Source of the DNA: an uncultured bacterium
GTDB lineage: Bacteria > Krumholzibacteriota > Krumholzibacteriia > LZORAL124-64-63
DNA length: 64,000 bases
Assembly: GCA_963727525.1 (NCBI GenBank)
Contig: CAVSGO010000007.1
Location: 1,888,001 to 1,952,000 of the forward strand
Reading direction: 5' to 3'
The notes below the pieces were generated by a model, which was not told the DNA's origin, ran no database searches, and saw nothing but the letters and a program-made list of their open reading frames with translations. Both the position numbers and the translations under genes were made by a program. Shown here one piece after another: positions 27,222-37,660 of the stretch; the stretch's first letter is position 1, and each line of letters opens with the position of its first letter.

Positions 27222-29234
27222 TCAGAAAAGGCCGACCGGGTCGACATCGACGATCACGTCCAGCCCCTTGTGCGCCCCGCGCAGGGCCTGCACGCAGGCG
27301 ACGAGCCAGGCCTTCTCGCGCGCGTGCAGGGCCCCCTTGACGAGCACCTGCTGCCGGTAACGTCCGTGCAGGCGCGGAAATACGCCGGGCGCCGGCCCCA
27401 GGAACTCGCGTCCGGGTCCGGCGAGCTGCGCACGCAGCGCCGTGGTCAGCTCCACTGCCGCCGCCTCGGCCAGCACCTGCTTCGCCGCCGTTAATCCGAG
27501 GCGGACAAGGCGGCGAAATGGTGGGTAGCCGAGAACCCTGCGGGCGGCGAGCTCCTGCATGGCAAAGGTCGCGAAATCGTGATCAGCCGCCGCCAGCACC
27601 ACCGGATGCTCCGGCTGCCAGGCCTGGAAGACCACGCGACCGGGCGCCGTGCGGCCCGCGCGGCCGGCCACCTGCGTCAGGAGCTGGAACGTGCGCTCGC
27701 TCGCACGATAGTCGGGCAACGAGAGACCATCGTCGGCCGCGAGCACGCCAACCAGAGCGACACGCGGGAAATGGTGACCTTTCGCCACCATCTGCGTGCC
27801 GATGAGCACATCCGCCTCACCGGACGCGAACGACGCGAGGATGTGCGCGTGGCTACCGCGCTGGCGGGTGGTGTCATGATCGAGGCGCAGCACGCGCGCC
27901 TCGGGGAAGCCGGCCTGCAGGATCAGCTCCACCTTCTCCGTACCGGCGCCGGCGGGCAGGAACGCCGATGAGCCGCACGCCGGACACTGCTGCGGCACGG
28001 TTGTGGTATGGCTGCAGTAGTGACAGAGCAGGCGTCGCGGCCGCAGGTGGTAGGTCAGGCCGATGTCGCAGTGTGGGCAGGTGACCGCCTCACCGCAATC
28101 GCTGCACTGGAGTTGCCGCGCGAAGCCGCGCCGGTTGTAGTAGAGGATCACCTGGTGGCCGCTGGCGAGCGTGCCACCGATCGCCTCGGTGAGGCGCGGG
28201 CTGAAGCCGTCCACCGCGCGTTCGCCACGCAGGTCGACAATCTCCACGCTCGGGAGCGGACCGCCCAGACGGTCGGCCAAGCGCCACAGGCCGAAGCGCC
28301 CCTCGCGCGCGTTGTGCCAGCTCGCCAGGTCGGGCGTGGCCGACCCGAGCAGCACCGCCGCTGCGCACTCGCGCCCGCGCACCAGCGCCGCGTCGCGCGC
28401 GTGGTAGCGCGGCTTCTCGTCCTGCTTGTAGCTGGTTTCGTGCTCCTCATCGACCACGATCACGCCCAGATCGCGCACCGGCGCGAAGAGCGCCGAACGC
28501 GGTCCCACGACTACCGCAACCTCGCCGCGCGCCGCCGCCTCGTGCACGCGGCAGCGTTCGCCATGCGAGAGTCCGCTGTGCACAGCCGCAGCGCGGTCGC
28601 CGAAACGCTGGGTGATGCGCGCCAGCGTTTGCGGCGTGAGCGCGATCTCGGGCAGCAGATAGATGGCGCCGCGTTCGCGGGCCAGGGCGTCCTCGATGGC
28701 GCGCAGGAAGACCTCGGTCTTGCCGCTGCCCGTCACACCGTGCACGAGCAACGCACCGTACGCGTGCGCTTCCAGCAGTTCCCTCGCGGCGGCCACCACG
28801 GCCGCCTGTGCTGGCGTGAGGTGCGCCGGGCGCGGCTCGTCGATAGGAAACACGCGCGGTTTGCGTGCCGTGCCGCGCCCGCGCGTGCCCGGTGCCGGCG
28901 GATGGAACAGAGGCACCACCTCGCCCAGAGGCACCGCGTAATACCGCGCTATCCAGCGGGCAAGCGCCAGTCGATCGGGCGCCAGCGCGTACTCGGGCGG
29001 CAAGAAGCCCTCGATGTCGCGCAGGGCGAAACCATCGATCTCGGTGGCACCGTCGCGATCGGGACGCACCGCCACCACCAGGCCGATCACGCTGCGCCGG
29101 CGACCGAACGGCGCGCGCACGAGATCGCCTACCTCGGGGACGCGCGCGTCGTCGGCTGCAGCACGGTAGGTGAACGTGTCGGCCAGAGGCACGGGAAGCG
29201 CGATGTCGAGCAGATAGCGATCGGCTGCGGCCAC
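27222..29234 (-). CDS. priA: Primosomal protein N' (replication restart helicase)
   Basis: 'GVTGSGKTE', 'PEIALTPQ', 'DEEHE', 'NRRG', four CxxC pairs, 'GTQMVAKG', 'QVAGRAGR'; GTG start inferred. Confidence 0.95.
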   Translation of the reverse strand: MAAADRYLLDIALPVPLADTFTYRAAADDARVPEVGDLVRAPFGRRRSVIGLVVAVRPDRDGATEIDGFALRDIEGFLPPEYALAPDRLALARWIARYYAVPLGEVVPLFHPPAPGTRGRGTARKPRVFPIDEPRPAHLTPAQAAVVAAARELLEAHAYGALLVHGVTGSGKTEVFLRAIEDALARERGAIYLLPEIALTPQTLARITQRFGDRAAAVHSGLSHGERCRVHEAAARGEVAVVVGPRSALFAPVRDLGVIVVDEEHETSYKQDEKPRYHARDAALVRGRECAAAVLLGSATPDLASWHNAREGRFGLWRLADRLGGPLPSVEIVDLRGERAVDGFSPRLTEAIGGTLASGHQVILYYNRRGFARQLQCSDCGEAVTCPHCDIGLTYHLRPRRLLCHYCSHTTTVPQQCPACGSSAFLPAGAGTEKVELILQAGFPEARVLRLDHDTTRQRGSHAHILASFASGEADVLIGTQMVAKGHHFPRVALVGVLAADDGLSLPDYRASERTFQLLTQVAGRAGRTAPGRVVFQAWQPEHPVVLAAADHDFATFAMQELAARRVLGYPPFRRLVRLGLTAAKQVLAEAAAVELTTALRAQLAGPGREFLGPAPGVFPRLHGRYRQQVLVKGALHAREKAWLVACVQALRGAHKGLDVIVDVDPVGLF

Positions 29235-29322
29235 AGAAGCCTCGGTGGGTTCGCGATCACGGCGATGACGGGAGCGGGCACACTCTAGCGGCCCGCCGGC
29301 GCGGGCACAAGTCCGGGCAATT

Positions 29323-31302
29323 CTACTGTCCGGGCGATTCTGCGCGTGTGGCCGAATCGGCGCGCGCCTCCAATGTCTGGAGCGTGCGCAGGTTGCGTAG
29401 CAGGGCGGGATCGGCGGGATCGAGACGGCGCGCCACCTCGAAGCGGCGCCGCGCGCCGGCGAGATCGCCCGCCTGCGCGGCGAGGATGCCGAGGTGCATG
29501 TGCGCATCGAGGAACGCCGGGTCCACCGCGACGGCCCGTTCGAGGTCCGCCACCGCCGCGGCGCGGGCGCCCGCCTGCACGTGCCGCGTGGCACGACCCG
29601 CGAGCAGCCGGGACAGCACCACGTCCGGCGTATGCGCCGGGGCGGCGAGGGTTCGCATGCGGGCGACCGCCGCGATGGCCTGGTCGAGATCGGACAGCGA
29701 CGCATTACGCAGCCACGCGTCGAGGGAGGCCGGCGTGCGCAGGCTCGGATCGAACGGGCAACCCCAGCGCGCGAGGAGGGCGGCATGACGCGCCGATCGC
29801 CGGGCATAGACCACGGCGTTGTCGGCAAAGAACACGACGACCCAGTCGCGATCTTCGCGCAGCCGCTGGCGGAGTCCACGGTCTCGCTGCGGCGCGGTGG
29901 CGTAGTCCACGGCGGCAATACCAATGTCGTACCGCGCCACAGCGTCGTCCCAGCCCTCGCCGTTGGCCATCAGCCGCTGGTACGCATCGAGAAATGCCGG
30001 CGGGAACACATCGAGCCGACCATCGATGTACACCTCGGTGGTCGGCCACAATTCGTGGATGAACCAGCCGCCGAAGGCGAGGACCTGGAAGACATGCCCT
30101 TGCGGTTCCACCTGGCGCAGAAACCTGGTGGCACCGTCCGGGCGGTTGGTCACGTCCACCCCGAGGCCCACGCGGCGGGGCGGGTCGGAGCCCATGGGCA
30201 CGCCGTGCGTTGCCGCCACGGCGCCGCCGAGGCATGCCGCGGCGATCACAGCCACGGAGAGGCCCCGCCCCAGGTGCGGTCGTTGCGCGAGCCAACCCGC
30301 GTGCGCCGCCAGCAGGGCCGGTACCAGCACGGCGAACTCCGACACCCCGCGCAGCGTGCGCAACGCCAGCGCAGCGAAGAGCAGACCCGGTACGAGCAAC
30401 GACCACTGCCACCGTCCACGCGCAGCCGCGAGCGTACCGACCATCGCCACGGCGGTGAGACCCAGCGCCTTCAGAAAGAAGGCGCCGGCATACGCCGGAT
30501 GAAAGATCGATCGCAGCTCGACGATCCCACCGCGCACCTCCGGCCTCGTCATCAGCGCGAAGGGATACACGAGGGTGCGGATCGTGTGGGGATTGATCAG
30601 GCAAACACCGAGCAACGCGCCCAGCCAACCTAGTCGCGATAGCCAGACGTTCGTCAAACCCGTCCGCCGCCGATCGATGGTCTCACCGACCCAGAATAGC
30701 GCCACCAGCGCGAGCCCGAGTACGCAGCCGGAATGGACGTTGGCCCACACAAGGAACAGTGGCAGCAGCGCCACCCGCCAGCGTCGCCCCGACGCCACCG
30801 CCCCGCGTCGCAGACACCAGAGCGTCACGCCGAGCCCCAGCGCGGTGAACATGTGCGGGCGGACGAAGGCTCGCGGCGCGATGAGCGGTGCCGCCAGCAG
30901 CACGCCAAGGGCTGCCGCCGGTATACGCTCCCGTCCGCGCCTCACGAGCCCCGCCGCGGTGGCGAAACCGAGCGCGGCGACGGCGATCAGGGCTTTCAGC
31001 AGGATGAGCGCGTCGATGCCTGCGACTCGATCGACGAGGGCGAAGACGACCTCGGCGAGCCATTCGTGCGTCACCCAGGGCTGTCCATGCGCCGTGTAGC
31101 TGAAGATGTCGGTGGTGGGAACGTGGTGCGTGGCAAGGATGAGCGCGCCCGTGCGTAGGTGCCACCAGACATCGAATGCCAGCTCCGGAAAGGTGCACAT
31201 CACCCCTGCCAGCAGCAGGGCGCAGACCAGAGCCGTCGCTCCCAGGCGTCGGGGAAGCAACGGCGCGGCAGGCGCGGCGGACTGCGGAACGTGCGGTGCC
31301 AT
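29323..31302 (-). CDS. Polytopic membrane protein (GT-C-like 'DxWWHL' family) with C-terminal TPR
   Basis: 'FDVWWHLRTG', 'DIFSYT', 'HEWLAEV', 'WANVH', 'YIDGR', about 11 TMs, TPR tail. Confidence 0.65.
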   Translation of the reverse strand: MAPHVPQSAAPAAPLLPRRLGATALVCALLLAGVMCTFPELAFDVWWHLRTGALILATHHVPTTDIFSYTAHGQPWVTHEWLAEVVFALVDRVAGIDALILLKALIAVAALGFATAAGLVRRGRERIPAAALGVLLAAPLIAPRAFVRPHMFTALGLGVTLWCLRRGAVASGRRWRVALLPLFLVWANVHSGCVLGLALVALFWVGETIDRRRTGLTNVWLSRLGWLGALLGVCLINPHTIRTLVYPFALMTRPEVRGGIVELRSIFHPAYAGAFFLKALGLTAVAMVGTLAAARGRWQWSLLVPGLLFAALALRTLRGVSEFAVLVPALLAAHAGWLAQRPHLGRGLSVAVIAAACLGGAVAATHGVPMGSDPPRRVGLGVDVTNRPDGATRFLRQVEPQGHVFQVLAFGGWFIHELWPTTEVYIDGRLDVFPPAFLDAYQRLMANGEGWDDAVARYDIGIAAVDYATAPQRDRGLRQRLREDRDWVVVFFADNAVVYARRSARHAALLARWGCPFDPSLRTPASLDAWLRNASLSDLDQAIAAVARMRTLAAPAHTPDVVLSRLLAGRATRHVQAGARAAAVADLERAVAVDPAFLDAHMHLGILAAQAGDLAGARRRFEVARRLDPADPALLRNLRTLQTLEARADSATRAESPGQ

Positions 31303-31343
31303 GGGGGCACGATACCGCAAGCGCCGACGGAAGTCAGCAAGCG

Positions 31344-31721
31344 TCAGTGATTCACGCCGAGCAGAGCCTGCACCTTCTCGATGACCTTGGCCGGACTGAA
31401 GGGCTTGGTGATGTAGCCGTCCGCGCCCGCGGCTTGACCCTGCTCGCGGTCGCTCTTGGACGCCCGGGCTGTCAGCAGGATCACAGGCACGCTCTTGGTG
31501 CGCGGATCCAGCTTGAGCCGTTTGCAGGTCTCGAAACCGTCGCCGCGCGGCATCATCACGTCGAGGATGATGAGGTCGGGTTTCTCTTCTACCGCCTGCG
31601 CGAACGCTTCCTCGCCGTTACCCGCGGCGATCACCTGGAAACCCTCGGCGTCGAGGCTGAAATCGAGGATATTGCGAATGTTGAACTCGTCGTCGACGAC
31701 CAGGACTTTCTGCAAGACCAT
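31344..31721 (-). CDS. Single-domain response regulator (REC)
   Basis: 'VVDDE', 'LDVMMP', 'LLTA', 'KPF'. Confidence 0.92.
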   Translation of the reverse strand: MVLQKVLVVDDEFNIRNILDFSLDAEGFQVIAAGNGEEAFAQAVEEKPDLIILDVMMPRGDGFETCKRLKLDPRTKSVPVILLTARASKSDREQGQAAGADGYITKPFSPAKVIEKVQALLGVNH

Positions 31722-31764
31722 GCCTCCCGTGCGTGGGTCGTTCTCCTCGCATCCGCGACAGCGT

Positions 31765-34700
31765 TCAGTCGCGCACGAGCACGGCCGGATGGGCCGGGGC
31801 CGGGCGCTTGAGATCCTCGCCGTCGTCGGCGCGTTCGCGAAGCTGTTCCACCTGCGTCCTCCGTGCCGTCGCTTCCTCCAGGAACACGCCCGCCAGGCGC
31901 GGGCAGTAGCGAATGCCCACGAGACTGCGGATCTCCTCGAGGGCGAGATGCAGCGGCACGGCGGGCCGGTAGGGACGGTTCTGGAGCAGGGCGCGCAGGC
32001 TGTCCGCCAGAGCGATCAATCGCGAGCCCAGCGGGATCGCCTCGCCCGCCAGGCCGCTGGGATAGCCGCGGCCGTCGTAGTGCTCGTGGTGGTGAAGGAT
32101 CATCTGCCGCACCTTGGACGGCGGCCGCAGCGGCGCCAGAGTCACGAGGCTCGCCTGCACATGGCGTTCGAGCTGGGAACGCTCGTCTCCGGTGAGCTCA
32201 CCTTCCTTGTTCAGCAGGTACGGCGGCACGCAACCCATGCCGGCGTCGTAATACTGCAGCGAGAACGCGAGGTGGCGGAGCTCCTCCTCCGACAGATCGA
32301 GTCGGCGCGCCGTGGCGAGGCAGGTCTCGCGGCACACGGCGGCCACGTCGGTATGGTGCAGGCAACCCACCGACGTGGTGGTGCGCAGGGCTTCCTGGAT
32401 CGCGGCGAACTCGCGCGAGGTATCGGTATGCGCATCGAAGCGTTCGAGCAGGTAAGCCAGACGCGGCGCCATGGCCTCGAGAAAGACGCGATCGTCGTCG
32501 TCGAGAGGACGACCGTCGAGGCGGTTGTTCACCATGACCACGCCTATGACCTGATCGTCATGCTTCAGCGGCACCACGAGCAAGGAATTCGTGGTGTAGC
32601 GGCCTCGCTCGCCCATCTCCGGCAGCACCGGGTCGGCCTTCACGTCCGCGACCAGCAAGGTGCGGCCGCTCACCCACACACGGCCGGCGTAGCCTGCCCC
32701 TCGCCGCAGCCGCGTGCTCTGGACCACGGCTTCCGGCAATCCGAGGGCGGCGCGAATGATCAGATGCTCACAGCCAGCGTCGGGCGTCATCAGCGACACC
32801 AGCTCCACGCCGACGTTCTCGCCGATCCAGTGCAGCAGGCGCTGCAGGAACTGCCGTGGATCCGCGAAGTCGGCGCTCACCGCCAGCGGCGTCGCCGGCA
32901 CCACCACCGGAGTTCGCCGCGGCAGCAGCACCGTGAACCGCGTCCCGCACGGCGGAATGTTCTCCGCCCAGATGCGGCCGTCGTGGTAGCTCACGATGTC
33001 TTGGCAGATAGCCAGACCCACGCCCTGCCCGTTGTGCTCCCGGGTAGCGGTGTCGTCCACCTGGTAGAACTGCTCGAAGATCGCGTGCAGATGCTCCTCG
33101 GGAATTCCGATGCCGGTATCCGTCACCTCGATACGCACCGCCGTACCCTGCTCGCTCAGATGAAGGCGCGCCTGACCGCCGTCGGGAGTGAACTTGAGCG
33201 CGTTGCCCACGAGGTGCTGCAGGAGCTGCTGGCAAAGCACCGCGTCGACCTCGAGGTCGATCGATTCGGCGGTGGCGCCGATCGCGAAGTCGATTCCCTT
33301 GTTCCGCGCCTGCTCGTGCCAGCTCTCACTGAGCCGGCGCGCCAGCGCGACGATATCGGTATGCACGCGCTGGAGACGTGCCTGGCCGTCCTCCATCCGA
33401 TCGAGCTGCAAAAGATCGTCGATGATGGCCGACAGTCGTTCGCCCTCCTTGGTGACGATGTCGAGGAACTCTTCACGCGTCGCGGCCGGCAGCGTATCGC
33501 CCTTGCGCCGCAGCATCTCCGTGTAGGCGAGCATCGACGTGAGCGGCGTGCGCAGCTCATGGCTGACGTTGGCGAGGAAGTTGCTCTTCATGTCGCCGAG
33601 ACTCTTGAGCTTCTCCGACACCTGCGCCAGCTCAGCGTTGTTGCGGGCCAGCCGATCGTGCGCTTCGGCCGACTCGAGCGCGTTGGTCGCGAAACGCGCC
33701 AGGAACTCGAGATGCCGCACGCAGACCAGATCAGGCAGCTTCCCGCTCGCGGGCGCCCAGGCCTCGAAGAATCCATGCACGTCGCCCGAGATCGCCACGA
33801 GCGGCACGATGAGGCGCAGGCCGGACGGCCAACCCTCGTGGGCGATCGGCGGCACGCTCGGGCCGTCGTCCTCCCACTGAGGCACGGCCTGCGGATCCAC
33901 GAGAAAACTGTTCGACACTCGATTCGGCGCGGTTGCGAAGCGGAGATACTCGTCGTAGGACACCTGCGAGCTGGCGATGAACGCTTTGGCGGCGTCGTCG
34001 ATACCGACGAACGCCCGCGCCTCGAAGGCCTGGGTCGACGGCGAATAGATGTGCAGCGCCACCTTCTGGAGCCCGAAGATCTCCTGCACGTGCTCGACGA
34101 TGCTCCGCTGCAGCTCCGCGACGATGCGCAGGGACCCGAAATCGATGGCCCCGAGCAGCACCCGCTCCAGGGTGTGATTGCGCGCCACCACCTGATCGTT
34201 GCGGATGCGCTCGTGCTTCATCGCCGCGGCGGCCTCGCTCTGGCGCCGATCCGCCGCGGCCGCCGACTCGGCGAGACGCGTCTGCTCGGCGAGCATGGCC
34301 GCTTCGCGCCCGCGCAGCTCGGACTGCTCGCACATGAGGCGATCGACGTGCTCGGAAAGGATCAGCCCGCCCAGCGCGGCCAGCCCCAGCACGTGGCAAA
34401 CCGCCGCCACGAGGTTGCGCGCAAGCAGCGGCGCCGTCTCGGCGCCGCCGAGGAGACCACAGAACACGCCCACCAGCAGCAGCGCCAGTACCGCAACGAG
34501 CGAACCCTGGCGGCGCCGGGTTGTGATCACCTGGTTCAATGCCGAGATCGCCATGCCTACCAGGGCGAGGTCGATCACCGAGAGGCCGGCCGAGACGATC
34601 GGTTGCAACGCCACGCCGTACTCGTGCGCCAGCGCCTGCAGACTGGCCCCCACCGCCGTGATCAGGCCCAGGAACCGCAGCCGTCGCCAGGGCGACGACT

Positions 34701-34848
34701 GCGTCCCGGCCCAGGCGAGATGCCCCACGAAGGCGATCCAGACCCCCAGGCAGATCTGCGCCACCAGGTACACGGTATCCAGGGTGGACCCCAGAACCGG
34801 TAGGTGCGCCATCGCGCCGAAGTTGGCCAGATTCGCCAGGACGAACAT
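31765..34848 (-). CDS. Membrane-bound hybrid sensor: TM-GAF-HisKA-HATPase-GAF-HD-GYP (degenerate HD)
   Basis: N-terminal TMs; 'SHELRTPL', 'GNALKFT', 'DTGIGI', 'GQGVGL'; C-terminal 'QYYDAGM', 'HHHEHYDGRGYPSGLAGEAIP', 'RPYR'. Confidence 0.85.
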   Translation of the reverse strand: MFVLANLANFGAMAHLPVLGSTLDTVYLVAQICLGVWIAFVGHLAWAGTQSSPWRRLRFLGLITAVGASLQALAHEYGVALQPIVSAGLSVIDLALVGMAISALNQVITTRRRQGSLVAVLALLLVGVFCGLLGGAETAPLLARNLVAAVCHVLGLAALGGLILSEHVDRLMCEQSELRGREAAMLAEQTRLAESAAAADRRQSEAAAAMKHERIRNDQVVARNHTLERVLLGAIDFGSLRIVAELQRSIVEHVQEIFGLQKVALHIYSPSTQAFEARAFVGIDDAAKAFIASSQVSYDEYLRFATAPNRVSNSFLVDPQAVPQWEDDGPSVPPIAHEGWPSGLRLIVPLVAISGDVHGFFEAWAPASGKLPDLVCVRHLEFLARFATNALESAEAHDRLARNNAELAQVSEKLKSLGDMKSNFLANVSHELRTPLTSMLAYTEMLRRKGDTLPAATREEFLDIVTKEGERLSAIIDDLLQLDRMEDGQARLQRVHTDIVALARRLSESWHEQARNKGIDFAIGATAESIDLEVDAVLCQQLLQHLVGNALKFTPDGGQARLHLSEQGTAVRIEVTDTGIGIPEEHLHAIFEQFYQVDDTATREHNGQGVGLAICQDIVSYHDGRIWAENIPPCGTRFTVLLPRRTPVVVPATPLAVSADFADPRQFLQRLLHWIGENVGVELVSLMTPDAGCEHLIIRAALGLPEAVVQSTRLRRGAGYAGRVWVSGRTLLVADVKADPVLPEMGERGRYTTNSLLVVPLKHDDQVIGVVMVNNRLDGRPLDDDDRVFLEAMAPRLAYLLERFDAHTDTSREFAAIQEALRTTTSVGCLHHTDVAAVCRETCLATARRLDLSEEELRHLAFSLQYYDAGMGCVPPYLLNKEGELTGDERSQLERHVQASLVTLAPLRPPSKVRQMILHHHEHYDGRGYPSGLAGEAIPLGSRLIALADSLRALLQNRPYRPAVPLHLALEEIRSLVGIRYCPRLAGVFLEEATARRTQVEQLRERADDGEDLKRPAPAHPAVLVRD

Positions 34849-34858
34849 GACGACTCCG

Positions 34859-35245
34859 CTAGCTCCCGAGCTGCGTCCGGGCAGCCAGCAATTCGCGCAC
34901 GCGCTCGATGAGCCGTACGACGGTGAACGGTTTGCGCATATACAGGTTGGCGCCCGCCTCGCTCATGGCGCGGCGCGTAGGCTCGTCGGTGCGGGCCGAG
35001 AGGGCGATGATGATCGTGTCCGCGTAGGTGCGGTTGCGCCGGATCAGACGCACCGTCTCCACGCCGTCCAGACGCGGCATCATGATATCCATGATCACCA
35101 CGTCGGGGCGCAGATTACTCAGCTTGTTCATGCAGTCCATACCGTCGACGGCGCGCGACACGAGGAAGCCCTCCTCGCGGAACGTCTGCTCGAGCAGCAT
35201 CGAGATGGGGGCCTCATCGTCGACGATGAGGATGCGCTCGCCCAT
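34859..35245 (-). CDS. Single-domain response regulator (REC)
   Basis: 'IVDDE', 'MDIMMP', 'ALSA', 'KPF'. Confidence 0.92.
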   Translation of the reverse strand: MGERILIVDDEAPISMLLEQTFREEGFLVSRAVDGMDCMNKLSNLRPDVVIMDIMMPRLDGVETVRLIRRNRTYADTIIIALSARTDEPTRRAMSEAGANLYMRKPFTVVRLIERVRELLAARTQLGS

Positions 35246-35248
35246 GGC

Positions 35249-37660
35249 CTAGTCCTTTCCCCGGCTCGTCACCGGATCGCTCGTAGGCGCTGCCACGAGT
35301 CCCTCGGCACGCAGCACGTCGCAGAAAGCCGCCACCACGACCGGATCGAACTGGGTGCCGGCCTGCCGCTGGATCTCGGTAATGACGTCGGACAACGGCC
35401 GCCGGTCGCGCCACGGTCGCTGCGAGATCATTGCGAAGAATGCGTCGACGACGGCGAGGATGCGCGCGCCCAGCGGGATGTCGCCGCCGGCGCGCCCCTC
35501 CGGATAGCCGGTGCCGTCCACGCGCTCGTGGTGATGCAGGATGACGTCGCGCAACTCGGGCACGGCCACCAGAGGACCGAGCACGTCGAGTCCACGCCGC
35601 GGATGCCGGCCCACCTCGTCGCGCTCGTCGTGGCTGAGATTGCCGGACTTCATCGTGATCGTGTGATCGACATCGGCCATGCCGACGTCGTGCAGGGCCA
35701 CGGCATACTGCAGGTGACGGATCTCGCCGCCTCCCATTCCGAGGGCATACGCCGTACGCGTGAGCAGGCGCATCGCGAACGGATCGGCCGTGGGCACGCC
35801 GCTGCGTCGCAGGTTTCCGAGCACCCGCAGCGCCTCGCCGACGGCGGCCGGGCTCGTCGACGTCTCGCAGGATCGTTCCACCGCGGTCAGCGCTGCCCCG
35901 AGGGCCTCGCCCACCACGCGCAGCATCACGGCCTCGTCGTCGCTGAACGTGTGCGCACCCGCGCGCCGCGCGGCCAGCACGATGCCCAGCGTCTCGCCTC
36001 CGGAGACGAGAGGCGCGGCCAGCCAGCCCGTATCGTCAGGTGCCGGTGGCAACGTGGGCCACGGCACGGCCTTGCCGCCCGGTGCCTCGTGCACAACCTC
36101 GCCCGTGGTCATCACGTGGGCGAGCCGGCCGTCGGGATCGGGCAGCACCATGCCCGGCCGCACGCGTGGCAGCCCTTGCGATGCCCGGGGCGCCAGCGCG
36201 CCACCCTCGCCCGTGCGCATGCAGATGGCCGTGGCGCGGCCATCGGTGAGTTCGGCCGCCAGGCGCAGCCCATAGGCGTGGATCGCGCGAAGCTGGGAAG
36301 GGTCGACGCCCGCAGCAGCGAAACGGTCGGGACGGTTGGAGTGGTGCTGCACCTTCGGCAGCAGCACGGTGAAAACGCTGCCCCTGCCGGGACGGCTACG
36401 GACGTCGATGAAGCCGTCGTGCAGGTCGACGATGTCCTTCACGATGCTCAGGCCCAGCCCGCTGCCCGGTACGCTGGCGGCCGACTGGGTGCGGTAGAAG
36501 CTCTGGAAGATGGCGCGCAGCTCGCCCGGAGGGATGCCGGGCCCGCTGTCCGTCACCGAGATGCGCATGAGCGCCGCATCCTCGCGCGCGGCGATCGCGA
36601 TGCGACCACCGTCGGGCGTGAACTTGATGGCGTTGCCCACCAGGTTGATGAACACCTGGCGCAGCAGATCAGGATCTCCCGCCACCGCCGGCAACCCGGC
36701 TGCCAGCCGGCAGGACAGGTGCTGATCCCGAACCGTCGTCTGCGGCGCGAGGGCGCGCAACGTGTCCTGCAGGAGCGCGCCGACATGGCACGGGCGGCGC
36801 TTGAGCAGCGGACGCGAGCGGTCGCGGTGCGAGAAGTCGAGGAGACGGTCGACCATGCGCAGTAAGCGATCGGCCTCGGTGCGCAGCACGGCGAGGAATT
36901 CCTCGCCGTGCTGGAACGACGGGTCGTCGATGCTCGTGGCAAGCACATCGGTGTACGCCATGATCGATGTCAGCGGCGTCTTCAGCTCGTGCGCCGCCAC
37001 CGCGGCCAGACGGCCCCGCAGGCGTTCGATGCGCGTGAGGGCCTCGGCCTCGGCCCGCGCCGCGGTGAGGAGCGACGTGGTTTCCGCCTGCAGGCGTCGG
37101 AAACCCAGCAGCGGCGCCAGCAACTCTCCCACAGTCGCCAGAGCGGCTCCAAGTTGGCGAGCGAGCGCCGCGTCCTGACCGTGAGGCTCGTCGAGGCCGA
37201 GCAAGATGATTTGCTCGATGCTCTCCGGGTCAGGATAGCCGGCGGCGAACCAGCCCCCGCAGCCGCGCGAGAGGTCGGAGGGGAGTCCCCAGGCGATGAT
37301 GTCGGACCCGCGCCCGCACACCTGGCGCTCCGGCGAAGCCTGCAGCCGCTGCCAGAGATCGCCCGCCGCGTTCGGCGGCGTGACCCACTGCGCACGCGCG
37401 TCCGGGCGTTGCCAGACCACGCAGGACGTCGGCGCGTCGATCGGGTAGAGCGCCTGCGCCGCGGTGCCCCGGCTCAGCAAGAGAGAGAAGCTCACCCCGG
37501 GGGTGTCGGACCATACCCGCGCCAGTTCCTCGCGCAGGATCCGCCACGCCGCCGGATCGCCCCAGCCGCCGCGCAGACGATGGCGCGCGCGATCACAGGC
37601 GAGACGGCCGGGATCGGTGGTATGGTCGCCTTCATGGCGATCAAGGGTGCGGGTCATCAT
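35249..37660 (-). CDS. Cytoplasmic hybrid sensor: HisKA-HATPase-GAF-HD-GYP
   Basis: 'AHELKTPL', 'NLVGNAIKFT', 'DSGPGI', 'GSGLGL'; 'LHDVGM', 'HHHERVDGTGYPEG', 'RPWR'; start uncertain. Confidence 0.85.
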   Translation of the reverse strand: MMTRTLDRHEGDHTTDPGRLACDRARHRLRGGWGDPAAWRILREELARVWSDTPGVSFSLLLSRGTAAQALYPIDAPTSCVVWQRPDARAQWVTPPNAAGDLWQRLQASPERQVCGRGSDIIAWGLPSDLSRGCGGWFAAGYPDPESIEQIILLGLDEPHGQDAALARQLGAALATVGELLAPLLGFRRLQAETTSLLTAARAEAEALTRIERLRGRLAAVAAHELKTPLTSIMAYTDVLATSIDDPSFQHGEEFLAVLRTEADRLLRMVDRLLDFSHRDRSRPLLKRRPCHVGALLQDTLRALAPQTTVRDQHLSCRLAAGLPAVAGDPDLLRQVFINLVGNAIKFTPDGGRIAIAAREDAALMRISVTDSGPGIPPGELRAIFQSFYRTQSAASVPGSGLGLSIVKDIVDLHDGFIDVRSRPGRGSVFTVLLPKVQHHSNRPDRFAAAGVDPSQLRAIHAYGLRLAAELTDGRATAICMRTGEGGALAPRASQGLPRVRPGMVLPDPDGRLAHVMTTGEVVHEAPGGKAVPWPTLPPAPDDTGWLAAPLVSGGETLGIVLAARRAGAHTFSDDEAVMLRVVGEALGAALTAVERSCETSTSPAAVGEALRVLGNLRRSGVPTADPFAMRLLTRTAYALGMGGGEIRHLQYAVALHDVGMADVDHTITMKSGNLSHDERDEVGRHPRRGLDVLGPLVAVPELRDVILHHHERVDGTGYPEGRAGGDIPLGARILAVVDAFFAMISQRPWRDRRPLSDVITEIQRQAGTQFDPVVVAAFCDVLRAEGLVAAPTSDPVTSRGKD

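Noticed and set aside
27222-29234. PriA shorter than usual (about 670 aa), possible pseudogene
   Set aside because: All helicase and Zn motifs are intact in a single frame; only the variable winged-helix region is reduced
31456-36865. Very long plus-strand ORFs (1115 aa, 888 aa) and similar ones at 10021, 24578, 47516 and 60347
   Set aside because: Antisense or off-frame shadows of well-supported genes, expected at this GC content; no recognisable motifs
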